From Macrostomum lignano (lineage: Eukaryota), in contig NIVC01003340.1 of the NCBI GenBank assembly GCA_002269645.1, positions 1 through 64,000 of the forward strand: a stretch of DNA of 64,000 nucleotides, read 5' to 3'. The first letter of the stretch is position 1, and each line of letters begins with the position of its first letter. Made by a program: the position numbers and the translations under genes. Shown here in pieces: positions 13,628 to 27,613 of this stretch. A model generated the notes under the pieces. The model was not told the DNA's origin and did not search any database. It saw only the letters and a list, made by a program, of their open reading frames with translations.

Positions 13628-16600
13628 TCAGATGCCAAACAGCTTCTGTATCCACGCTTCCTTGTGCTGGATTGCATTCAAGGATGAATCCCCTTTAGCT
13701 TGGGCATCACAAGCAGTGGCGTCTTGCTCCACCGAGTTCCGCCTCGGGAAAAGATCGACGTAGACTGTGCTAAAATTGGTCCTCTTCCTCTCCTCCTTAG
13801 TTTCGCAATCGGTTCCGAATGTCCATTTCTGCTGCTGCTGCTGCTGCTGCTGCTGAAACTGACTGCGATAGTCCAGCGCGGTAGAAACGATCGCAATCTC
13901 CGGCTGTCGCATTCGCGACGTCTGGCTTCCGTTGCGCTGTCGGCGCTCCTGGCGCAACTGTCGCAGCCGCTTCCGTAGCAACCAGAACGACAGAGCGGCG
14001 TATTCGAGGAACTCTACGACCGTAATGACGCTGATGCCGATCCAGAGGCCTTGGCGAGATGGGAATAGAGGTTGCGGTTCATCGTTTCGTTACATCCTCG
14101 AAACTTTTTAGATTTTGGTTGTTTTTTCTCCGATATCTCAAGTCTCCAACCATTCGACCCGCTTACCCAGAATGCCTCCAAAGTCGCTGAACAGATTTCT
14201 CAACGGGAAGGCGAAGTCTTCCCTATAGACGGAGCTCCGGATCGATGGCGGGTGAATGTCCAGCACTGCGTAGTTTTCATTCAGTTCGTTGTTTAAATTT
14301 TCCAGCGCCTTCCGCCAAACGGGCGAATTCAACTCGTCTAGCCGCTGTTTGATGTAGAGCCGGACAGCTTCCAGTGGGGAGCCTGTGGTTGTCGACCACA
14401 ACGATCGGTTCGATGGCCAACCATAGGAGACGGTGGCGAATGTGTACTTTTTCTGTATGCACTCTTCATAGCAGCTGGACGCTCTGTTAGGGAATACGTT
14501 TAGTTATCAGATTTGTAACTTTTGCACCTTATTTTTTTTTTCAATTGTACACACTAAAGAATACGCTCGTAGTCGTATAGACTTTGGACAATAAAGTAAC
14601 AAAAGACCGTGAACCGATTCGGCATCAGATAAGGCAGTTAAAATGCTACTCTTCATACTACTTTCTAAGTAGACTAAGAGAATTTCTAATATTTCTACGC
14701 CTTGTTTAGGTCCCGTTCTTATAAAAATATATAAACGCTGCCCCGTCTCACTCAATTCCGATGGTGTCTTGCCGATTTTTGACGTCGTAGAAGCAGCGGA
14801 TGTTGGCCCGTGGCCGTTTGAATTCGGACCAATGCTCGCGGAAGATGAAGTCGTCCAGTCTGACGTAGATGCCGGACGCGTTGCTAATTGTGTAGTAGAA
14901 CCAGGCGGAGTGCTCTGACGCTGAGAAGGCTACATAAATATCCCTGGAATTTAAATACAGAAGTCTACTTGTATCATAACGAAGCAAAATGAAGACATTA
15001 TATAAAAAGCCACCGCTGGGCCACAGACCTGAAGAACACTTCCTCGGGCAGTTCGTGGCACGGCCTGACCCGATCAAAGACGTCCTTCGTCACCAAAATG
15101 TGATCGGCGAAGCAGTTGCACTGAGCAACAAACTCGGCCTGTCTGACACGCTGGAGGCAGTCCTCCTGGGTGGTGCCAAACTGCTGCGTCTCCGCTGGTT
15201 CCCAGGGTCGCGAGAAATCTGTTACATAATTAGCAGGAGGCCTCGACGCTGTGCACGGCTGGTCAGTGCGATCGACCTGCAGAGTTTTTGCGTCACAATG
15301 ATTTCATCACCTTAACAAACCTTCAAAGTACTCTTTGGCTTCTGTCTAGGAAGATTTACAGGTTCACTTTATGGGTGCAACAAACTGTGACTTACTGTGG
15401 GACTTGCCTTTTGGCCTGAATTGATCTCACAAATCTTACCCATTTGCTCCGGTCAAACGTCCCCAAGCTCGTCTATGGCCTTGAATCCATGTCTACCGGT
15501 ATGGTTTTGGATCCATGTCTATGGCCTTGAATCCATGTCTATGGCCTTAGATCAATGTTTATGACCTTGGATCTATGTTTATGGCCTTGGATCTATGTTT
15601 ATGGCCTTAATTTATTTAGATCAATTATTATCCTGGTAAAACAAATTAATTTATCATTTGAACTATACACTTATTCGGACCTTGTAGTTGTGCCGCATAC
15701 GCAGCTCGGCAACGGTCACGTGACGCAGAGGAGCGAGAAATGCGGACTTCTCAAAGTCGGCCACAGTACCGGCTGGATGTACAGAGACTAAAAACCCCGG
15801 CAGGTGGAACAGCTGCTCCCGTTCAGTCAAGAAACTATCTGCTGAGTTGTACAGCACCAGACTCAGACCGCCACCAGAGCCGCTGCGGACCAGTCGTCGA
15901 CTCTCCGGTTTGAAGGTGAAGCAGAGAAACAGCGTACTGTCCTTGTAGACGGTGAAGTTGCGATAGTTGCACGGTATGGAGTTGTACCGGCAGTACACGA
16001 TAATTTCATGAACAGAGGTGAACGACTCGTTCCTGGAGGGCGTGTGCAGCTTACATTCAGCATGTGTACGAGCACATGAATGTTTATATCGTCTATCAGA
16101 GCCGCTAACTCACCTGTAGGCCACCTGTTTCAGTGACAGTCTGGCGTCCCAGTAACTGCTGTACGGATGCAGGGGCATGTCGGTTGTCTGATTCTTCAAT
16201 AGGTGCCAAACTCGGGCCACGTCGAATGGAATTTCGTACAGTGTCCGGTTCGTGCCGAACTCGTTGGCAATGTTGACGTTCTGGAGCGGTCAGAGGTCAT
16301 TATTTGGACACATTTATCCACAACAGCAACTGGTTGGTCAGAAAACATCGTCCGAATGCTTCGTCCAAAATGGGCCCCGCAATATAAACTCTTGCATCGA
16401 CCTCCTGAGATGCTATTCTCACCAAGAATCAATTAATAATTACGAGTAACATCAGTACGGATCGCATGACCTAAAAGTTGACGTAGTTGTAGCCGCACCC
16501 TCCCTAGCCATAAGGTAACTCACTCTGGGAACTATCCATATTGCTATCAGCGTCCACACTTGTCCTGTTTCACATACAATACTTCGTAAAATAACAGCTG

Positions 16601-19189
16601 ACTGAAAGAGCATTAGATACAGTTCTCAGCTATTAGGGGGTTTAGAGTAGCAAAGCGGAAAAGTGTCAGATTCTGCCAATTTGGGACTCGTGGGAAAACT
16701 TAACGCAAGGCTCGTGCCCATTAGGGACCAACCGCCACGACGCCTCCTGGAATGCTTTAAAGCACTGAGTGACGAGCAGCTTGTATAATAAATAGAATCG
16801 AATTCATGCATGATTCTCACCGCATAGTAGTGACTGGCGTAGTCATTCGGGCACAGGGTCACATCCGGCATCTCAAAATCCGCCCCCTCCTCGTCAATCT
16901 CGGTGTTGATCGGGTACTGCAGATACCGGGAGACGAGTTCACTGAAGTGCACCAGAAAGCCTGCGGTTGCCATCAGAAGGATGCAGGTCCACACAGCTCG
17001 CCTGATGCCGCTGGAGGCCAGGTGTCCAACGCCATGAGCTGTGGTGTGCTTTGCAAACGCTTGGAACAGAGCTTGCTGACTTTTAAGCTGGTGAAACTCG
17101 TTGAACTGCTGCTGGCACTGCTGAGAGTTGGTGCGATTGAATGGATCTGCTGGAATCACCCGAATAATTACCACCGTGTTTAGAGTTTAAAAGAGCTCAG
17201 AAGAGCATCAGCGTCTGGAAGATCTCTGCCTAGAGCTTTTTTAGTTAGAGGCAGGGGGCTGTGTGCACCGCTGTGTGATACGCACACAGTCACGCGCTCG
17301 TAAGCAAGGCACACACACACAGGACTGTACAGCGCCCCTAACTCTATTTATCGTTAGGCATGTACACTTCACTGTGCCTTGGGGGTTGCCCCAGGGGCGT
17401 TAATTGCACGAACAGAGCCAAGCTGAGATTTCAATTTAGCCCCAAATTAACGTGACTGCACTTGGAATCGAGCCTTGGCCGCTGGCACATCAGAGCGCCA
17501 CGCCAGACCACTGGGCTACGACAGAGAGCTACTCTCAAGACCACAGAATATCACAGAATGCTCATTCAGCCACCCTGAAGAAAAAATCTCAATGCAAATT
17601 TTTTCCCTTTTTGCTACTCTTACTGTGAAGCTGTGGGAAAGTAGTATGGAGAAGAATCACCATAGATGGCAATGTTGCAGTTTGTTTCGCGTAATTATTT
17701 TTACTTTTGAATACGCGCCAACGTGTCACGGAGGGTTTAAATTCGTGCTGACTTGTCATGCCACGTCATCCTAAAAGGCCATAGACACTTTCGGGCAAGT
17801 TTTAGTGAGGGGTGAAGGCAGCAATCTTTTACACTGCTCAAGATTTCCCAACCTAGAATTGCTTAAGATATACAATATTTCGCAAGTGATGGCAGGACGT
17901 CCAGCTGCACAATCATTTATAATCCCACCTGCTGAGGTTGTTATAAGCTCGTAATATCACTCGCATGGGCTTGTGATTTTTGTTTTTTAGTAATCAAACG
18001 ACGTAGATCAACGAACATTCTTTTATTCTGCGGCGAAAAGTAGTGTAGCTCGTAGTGTTATCATGACAATATCTCGAGCCCAGTGCGCAGCTTATGGCTG
18101 CAATTCCTATGCCTACAAGTGCCCGCCTTTGACGCGATTTCATGCATTTCCTTCTAGAGACAGTGCAAGGTATGTACTCGTAGTTCAGAGAACACATAGT
18201 TGGTTCCGGTAGTGTGAGTTTTCTTATTCAATTTTAGAATCGCTTCAGCGTTCAAACTCTCTTACATCTTTCAGCTGCGAAGACTGGGCTAGCCGATTGT
18301 CTCAAGCAGACCTTCTGGGAAAAGCAAACTAACACAAATGGAAGTGCAGTTTACACTTCAGGGACGATATGTACACCTGCCCAAATCAACGTCACGAGCC
18401 GGGAACGTGCCTTTTAAGCAGAGCATATCCTGCGTTGAACCTTTACAAGGACGCTCCTGTTGAACGACAACGAAAGCCACCGTTAGTTCGAAGCGTGTCG
18501 GTACGGCCAGACCCTCTGCTTCTGCTGCGTTTCACGATCCTCAACCAAGAGGAAGAAAGCCTGCAACAAGGCAAGAACTGAATCGGAAGCTGGATGTTTC
18601 TAGAAGTCAAGCGACGAGGCTGAAACGCCATATAATTGCTGTCAAGTCTAAGAATTCAACATTGGAAGCAGCATTTCGTCGCAGCCGCTTCTCATCAAAA
18701 TGCTTTTGATGGTAAATAATGGTATTCTGTACTCAAGACAGCCTTCCATTTCGAATTTTTCGCATTGAAAGTCCAGAAAGTCTTTCAGTATAACGATGAA
18801 TGGCAAGTCATCCCGTGCGGTCTCAAATTGTTGATGTTTTGGTACTATGGGAAGATTTTTTAGAACACTTGTGTTTCTGAAAGCAACATCTTGAATGTTT
18901 CTCCCTTAAATATTGTAGCTAGCATTGTAAGCCTACATTCTAGAGATTTCAACTGTTAATATTCACAAAGATCCAACTTATCATAACTCACCACACCATC
19001 AGGTGTCTCCTGAGACTTCGAATTCATCTGTTGAGTTGTCGATTCGTTTCTCCTCGACAAGCTTCTCGGCTCCCTCCGGTGCTGCTTGATGGCGTAACCA
19101 CCCTTCGCTGTCGTCAGCTGGTCGGCAGCCTCAGCCGCCGCCGCCGCCGCCGCCGTCGCCGCTGAAGTGTCTGGGCAGGGCAGACTCAT
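13628..19189 (-). CDS. DEG/ENaC (amiloride-sensitive/ASIC-like) sodium channel subunit
   Basis: HG motif FAKHTTAHGVGHL, then TM1 RAVWTCILLMATAGFLVHFSELVSRYLQYP and MPDVTLCP (17149-~16821). Beta-ball exon YCRYNSIPC...LCFTF...GGGLSLVL (16032-15681). Thumb DCLQRVRQAEFVAQCNC (15276-15029), exon 14943-14752, then CYEECIQKKYTFATVSYGWPS...LFSDFGGILG (14483-14167) spliced to GLWIGISVITVVEFLE (TM2 with GxS filter, 14049-13628). First exon 19189-18967 (MSLPCPDTSAATAAAA...DKLDL) is inferred because its phase-1 GTGAAT donor fits the phase-1 acceptor at 17149. The region 16820-16114 is not fully resolved. Confidence 0.88.
15470..15609. repeat. 20-bp minisatellite, ~6-7 copies (ENaC intron)
   Basis: Unit TTGGATCCATGTCTATGGCC with variants. 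Confidence 0.85.
17401..17522 (-). mobile_element. tRNA-derived SINE copy
   Basis: Reverse complement GTCGTAGCCCAGTGGTCTGGCG...GGCTCGATTCCAAGTGCAGTCACGTTAATTTGGGGCTA: A box, B box and the shared body motif. Confidence 0.6.
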
Positions 19190-19534
19190 TGGCTGGGCAG
19201 ACTGCAATCGATTATTGAGGTGCAGTCCAGCGTAGGTTTTGGCTGTCAAGTCAAGTGCTGGTCAAGTTCGAAGGAGAGGGGGCGATTTGCATGCCAGCAG
19301 AGATTTATGACTCGATTCTGGGCCTCTCCATCTCCTGGTTTGGGACAGGTGGGCAAATATTCTAACACTATAACTTTGTTCACTCTGTAGGCTTACAGGC
19401 CCGTGCTGTGTTTGCAGCCAATCGGAGTCAATAGAGAGACTGAGTCCTTCATTAACCCAACTCGCATTCCGTCTTTAGTATTTTACACCTAGAACAACAG
19501 GCTAAAACATTGTATAGAAAAGACATACTCATCC

Positions 19535-20779
19535 CTACTCTTACTCGGAGTCTACTCTCCCACATACTCAGAGTCTACTCTTCCCTACTCAGAGTCTACT
19601 CTTCCCTACTCAGAGTCTACTCTTCCCTACTTAGAGTCTACTCTCCCAGATACTCAGAGTCTACTCTTCCCTACTTAGAGTCTACTCTCCCACATTTTTC
19701 GGAGTCTACTCGCCAAGACAACTCAAAGTCTAAACTTCCCTACTCAGACTTTGCTCTCCCAGATACTCAAGAGTCTACTCTCCCAGATACTTAGAGTCTA
19801 CTCTCCCAGATACTCAGAGTCTACTCTTCCCTACTCAAAGTATACTCTTAATTTCCTACTCAGAGTCTACTTTTCCCTACTCAGAGTCTACTCTTCCCTA
19901 CTTAGAGGCTACTCTCCCAGATACTCAGATTCTACTCGTCCATACTCAGAGGCTAATCTCCCAGATACTCAGAGTCTACTCTTCCCTACTCAGAGTCTAC
20001 TCTTCCCTACTCAGCGTCTACTCTTCCCTACTCAGAGTCTACTCTTCCCTACTCAGAGTCTAATCTTCCCTACTCAGAGTCTACTCTTCCCTACTCAGAG
20101 TCTAATCTTCCCTACTCAGAGTCTACTCTTCCCTACTCAGAGTCTACTCTTCCCTACTCAGCGTCTACTCTTCCCTACTCAGAGTCTACTCTTCTCTACT
20201 CAGCGTCTACTCTTCCCTACTCAGAGTCTACTCTTCTCTACTCAGCGTCTACTCTTCCCTACTCAGAGTCTACTCTTCCCTACTCAGAGTCTAATCTTCC
20301 CTACTCAGAGTCTACTCTCCCAGATACTCAGAGTCTACTCTTCCCTACTCAGAGTCTACTCTTCCCTACTCAGAGTCTAATCTTCCCTACTCAGAGTCTA
20401 CTCTTCCCTACTCAGAGTCTACTCTTCCCTACTCAGCGTCTACTCTTCCCTACTCAGAGTCTACTCTTCCCTACTCAGAGTCTAATCTTCCCTACTCAGA
20501 GTCTACTCTTCCCTACTCAGAGTCTACTCTTCCCTACTCAGCGTCTACTCTTCCCTACTCAGAGTCTACTCTTCCCTACTCAGAGTCTAATCTTCCCTAC
20601 CCAGAGTCTACTCTTCCCTACTCAGAGTCTAATCTTCCCTACTCAGCGTCTACTCTTCCCTACTCAGAGTCTACTCTTCTCTACTCAGAGTCTAATCTTC
20701 CCTACTCAGAGTCTAATCTTCCCTACTCAGAGTCTACTCTCCCAGATACTCAGAGGCTACTCTCCCCCGTACTCAGAGT
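19535..20779. repeat. 21-bp minisatellite, ~55-60 copies
   Basis: Unit CTACTCAGAGTCTACTCTTCC with variants (AATC, GCGT and a 22-bp CCAGAT form). Confidence 0.97.
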
Positions 20780-21248
20780 TTTCTCGCTACCTAGTAAATT
20801 ATCTGCAGTAGGAGAGTAGAAACTTTAGTATCAGAACAAAGATTTGAGGGTATAAAAATTTCTGAGAATTTTTGTGGCTTCTAAAGTACAAAACAACAGG
20901 GTCAGCAGAGACAACCGCTGAGCCAGCTAATGCCCCGTGACAGCGCAAATAAGTAATTAAAATACCATCTGATATCCTGCCCTGGTCTAAGAACTCCAGC
21001 ATTGCGCTTCATTGCATCAGATAATAAATGGACAGGGCCGCGCGCATTTCTCTGAGAAAAACAGCCGGAAATCAACCCTAATTCTGCCTAATAGGCATAA
21101 TTTTAGCATTCTTTTAAGGGGAAGAAAAATTGTCATTCGAAACTCGAAAACTCGGGCTGCTGCGACTCGAAAGTCGCCAAGTTTTTGTCGGGCAACATTA
21201 TCCCTGAATTCATGTGTATTGGTTGAGAATGAAAGGTCTCTCTGAGCA

Positions 21249-21278
21249 CTCTCTCTCTCTCTCTCTCTCCCTCTCTTC

Positions 21279-21311
<33 letters not shown>

Positions 21312-21509
21312 TCTCTCTCTCTTTCCCTCTCTCTCTCTCCCTCTCTCTCGCTCTCTCTCCCTCTCACTTTCTCTCTCTCTCCCTCTCTCTCTCTCTCTCT
21401 CCCTCTCTCTCTCTCTCTCTTTCTCTCTCGCTCTCTCTCCCTCTCTCTTTCTCTCTCTCTCTCTCTCCCTCTCTCTCTCTCTCTCTCCCTCTCTCTTTCT
21501 CTCTCTCTC
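21249..21509. repeat. (CT)n-rich tract
   Basis: Imperfect CT microsatellite at the 5' junction of the PLE fragment. Confidence 0.97.
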
Positions 21510-22700
21510 GCTGCTGTCGAATCTGGTGCAGCACCATGGCTACAACAGGCGTTTTCTACGCAATATCAAATACGAGGTGCTGGCGGAGCTGGGTTTCTAC
21601 CCGACAAGGCGGTGGGAGTTCGGCTTCCTGCCGTGCAACCCGGCCCGGCTGTGCAAGTGCTGCCAGGCGCACGCCAGATTCACCTCCGTCTGCCCGGGAT
21701 CCGCGTCCACGACCGTCAAGATCACCATCAGCCAGAGGATCGACTGCAACTCGGTCAACGCTGTCTACACCGTGTTCTGCCGCCGCTGCAGCTGCACGGT
21801 CTACGTCGGCGAGACGGTCAACAGCATCCGGGCCCGCATGCTAGCGCACGTCGGCGACATCAGGCACGCACGCGACACTCCGGTGGCCCGCCACTTCAGC
21901 AACGATGGCCATAGTCTCGAGGACTTTGCCTTCACCGGAGTGTGGACGCGGGACGGCTCTGGACCCAAGGCCAATGAACGACGTCAACGCCAGGAGGCCA
22001 AACTCATCGCGGTCCTGAAAACTCTGGTCCCACATGGCGCCAACGAGCTGGCCGGGGTGCTGCACAATCCGGCGATCCCACTGATTGTGCCGCACTGCGC
22101 TGGGTCAGACACCCTGGTTGCCAAGGTGAGGGACGGCGTGGCACAGCACTGCGATGCCCCTGTACTGCCGGCCTTCACTAAAGGGAGGAGCCTTCGGGAT
22201 CTACTCTGCCACAGCCAGCTCGAACCAGCTTCTGCCAATTGAGATCAGCTGTACAAAGGCTCCTTTACTGCTATTTTTCCCCTCTGTGATTTTTTCATTG
22301 ACTTTATTTTGATTTATTCAGATTATTTATTTTCTGCTTTTTATTCATTTTTCTGACACTGTGTACGGTGCACCTGCATTTTTGCTCTGAGCATTTAATA
22401 ATTATTTTTATTTACCTTACCTATTTATTTCGCCATTTATTTTTACAATTTTTATTCTACACTTAAAGGTCGTCCAGGCCCAATTGTACAGTTTTAGCCA
22501 CCCCCCGCTTTTCTCATAGTCTCGGACTCGTTTTAATGTACTGACCATGCGCACTGTTTTAAGTGCTTGAGCACATCAATTTATCGATCGTCTCTCCCTG
22601 GCGATATCGCCTTTATATATTGACGGCAATTCGCGCCAAATAAACTTCACTCGCTTACAGCCCTGACGAAGAAATTTAATTTCGAAATATCGGCTACTCA
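21510..22700 (+). mobile_element. 5'-truncated Penelope-like retroelement (GIY-YIG endonuclease ORF plus AT-rich 3' region with hammerhead)
   Basis: Stop-free GC-rich ORF 21511-22242: GYNRRFL, Cys cluster CNPARLCKCC, then IDCNSVNAVYTVFCRRCSCTVYVGETVNSIRARMLAH...PVARHFSNDGHS...RRQRQEAKLIAVLKTLVPHGANE. This is the GIY-YIG (VY...YVGET..R..H..E..N) with extra Cys/His typical of PLEs. No RT core is present; the 5' junction is a (CT)n tract. Confidence 0.85.
22659..22695 (+). ncRNA. Minimal type I hammerhead ribozyme (PLE-associated)
   Basis: AGCC-CTGACGA-A-GAAAT-TTA-ATTTC-GAAA-TA-TC-GGCT. Both conserved core boxes are present, with a 5-bp stem II, 4-bp stem I (AGCC/GGCT), a very short palindromic stem III (ATAT) and an AUC cleavage triplet (cut after 22691). 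Same strand as the GIY-YIG ORF and ~420 nt downstream of it. Confidence 0.8.
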
Positions 22701-22767
22701 ATTTAAATTGACTTTTTTCAGTCCTTTCTGACTTTCTACCGTGTCAGTGCCCGAGATTGGAGGCGCC

Positions 22768-22915
22768 CTCCTCTCTCTCTCTCTCTCTCCCTCTCTCTCC
22801 CTCTCTCTCTCTCTCTCTCTCCCTCTCTCTTTCTCTCTCTCTCTTCCTCTCTCTCTCGCTCTCTCTCCCTCTCTCTTTCTCTCTCTCTCTTCCTCTCTCT
22901 CTCGCTCTCTCTCCC

Positions 22916-22955
<40 letters not shown>

Positions 22956-23014
22956 GCTCTCTCTTTCTCTCTCGCTCTCTCTCCCTCTCTTCCTCTCTCT
23001 CTCGCTCTCTCTCC

Positions 23015-23051
<37 letters not shown>
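22768..23051. repeat. (CT)n-rich tract
   Basis: Imperfect CT microsatellite 3' of the PLE fragment. Confidence 0.97.
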
Positions 23052-23054
<3 letters not shown>

Positions 23055-23309
23055 TATCGTTCGTATTTGCAATATCGTCTTTTATGCTCCCACTTCAATA
23101 CCTGCATTTCATTTAGTCGTTGTACTTCGAAAAAAGCCCCTTTAGTACACCAAATATACTGCCGATTAAAATAAATGGGTAGAGCTACATAAAACAGATT
23201 ATTAGATGTACATCCCTCATATGCACAGCTGCTCATCGATTTTATCAGACCGACAAATCATACTTATAGGGCAAATTTGAATTGCACTACGAGCGTATAC
23301 GCTAACTTT

Positions 23310-23349
23310 TGGCCTGACGAAGAGCCCAGAGGCTTGAGACCGGTAGCCA
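23310..23349 (+). ncRNA. Degenerate hammerhead ribozyme-like motif
   Basis: TGGC-CTGACGA-A-GAGCC-CAGA-GGCTT-GAGA-CCGG-TA-GCCA. Stem I TGGC/GCCA, stem II with a G-U pair, palindromic ACCGGT stem III, GUA triplet. The GAAA box reads GAGA. Confidence 0.6.
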
Positions 23350-23864
23350 TTTATTTTTATTATTATTAGCATGTGCCTGAGCGCTTTGTCATCATTCATC
23401 TGTTCTAAATTTAATGCCTAGAAATAAGCCGCCTCAATCAAAGGTTGTACCGCTGCTTCAATACTGCTAAATGGGACTAAATTCTCAAACTTTAGTGGGC
23501 CGTGATCAAGCATCGGTTCCTGGATGTTAGTCAGGTCTGCAGCTGCACGCCAGGCCATGCCAAGAACCAGCAAACTGCACCTGTTCCTGTACTCTCTTCT
23601 GTTTTCCTTCAGGCTGAACAGTTGTCCATCTCCATGGCAACCAGACGTGCATAAATTAAGCAAATATGAGTACTAAGACTGACTTTTTGACGGAGCAGCC
23701 TGAGTAAAATCTATTAGTCATGAAGTTACCCTCGAACAGGGTTTTGTAACTGTAATGTGAGAACTGAATGACACTATCAAAATGAGCAGCATATTTGCCT
23801 TTTCTTTATCAACTTTCTTGCAAAAGTAGGAATGGGACGGAGGGGGACAGAGTGGATGGGTAGA

Positions 23865-24005
23865 AGAGAGGGGAGAGAGGATAAGAGACAAGGGAGAGAA
23901 GAGAGGAGAGAGGGAGAGGATAGAGGGCAGAGGGGAGAGGGGAGAGGAGAGAAGGGTGAGGAGAGAGGGAGAGAGGGAATAGGAGGTGGAGAAGAGAGAT
24001 GAGAG
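23865..24005. repeat. Purine-rich (GA) low-complexity tract
   Basis: Almost pure G/A run. Confidence 0.85.
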
Positions 24006-25005
24006 AGCACGGTGAGAAATAGATACGAAATAAGACTCTAATTAAAAGTAGACACAATAGAAAAAACTACAGTAAAAACACGATTGAGAATAGAATTTAG
24101 TACACAAACAAACATGCATGATAATTTCTCCCTATGTACAGATTGGGTCATGTAAAACAATTGACAACATGGAGAATAAGCCCATTGTTACTGCAACTAA
24201 TCGTGAGTATAATTTTTTACCTTTAAAACACAAAGCAAAACTTTTACGATGTGGTAAACAATAAAATATCGCCTAACAGGCCCCAGTGAAGTACTCGTCA
24301 GCAGGTATAAAAGAAGGGTTTAGGCTATTATTACTAAAAGCACAAGCAAGTTGTCTAGCAGGTGAAACATAATTAGGTTAGTTAATATTGTATAACCAAT
24401 CAGCCTTGCGTAACTCAGTCCATGAGCCGTGTTATTACTTATTAGACAGAGAGACGTAGCATTTTAAAAGCATGAAAAATATTTGAAGGCCGAACTGATC
24501 GCTTCAGAATGGGTTTGCAAGAAATTTAGTCCCTTATTTGAGCCATAGACTACGGAAACGTATTTATTCCCCACTTGGGCCAGGCCATAGACTGCAGAAA
24601 CGTATTTATTCCCCACTTGGGCCAGGTCATAAACTACAGAGTTGTATTCACTTATAATTTTATTGCGCTAGGTCAAATGGATATGTTTCTGTAATCTGTA
24701 GTCTATGGCCGAACCCAAGTGTATTAAATCGAATATTCTCCGCTTGTTCTACTTTTCTATGGCAGCGAACGGATTCGGGCCATTGATAAAAGCTAAAAAA
24801 CGAGTGCCAAGCCGTTGGCGGTCACAAAATATGAAACAGGCGGAGAGTGACTACGCATCGCACTTAATCGGGTTTGGCCATAGACAATACTTGTCCTTCA
24901 TTTCAAGCAAATTTGAGCCTTTAAAAAAATTAAAATCATTTTTCAAATGCTACATCGTGTGTCTACCGGTGATGCTTGAAGATCCAGCATTTATGGGGCA
25001 GTCAG

Positions 25006-27613
<2,608 letters not shown>

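Noticed and set aside
17401-17522. Possible functional tRNA gene (also 44727-44810)
   Set aside because: A and B boxes are present but the acceptor stem and cloverleaf do not close, and the sequence continues into a shared repeat body; treated as SINE heads.
18369-18631. Short ORFs inside the inferred first ENaC intron
   Set aside because: No recognisable motif, and no splice combination I tried kept a convincing frame with the flanking exons.
19510-20380. ORFs with TQSLLFP / LRVYSSL repeats
   Set aside because: Products of the 21-bp tandem array.
22698-23145. RE/SL dipeptide ORFs (also 21017-21367 and 28577-29482)
   Set aside because: Microsatellite or low-complexity translations.
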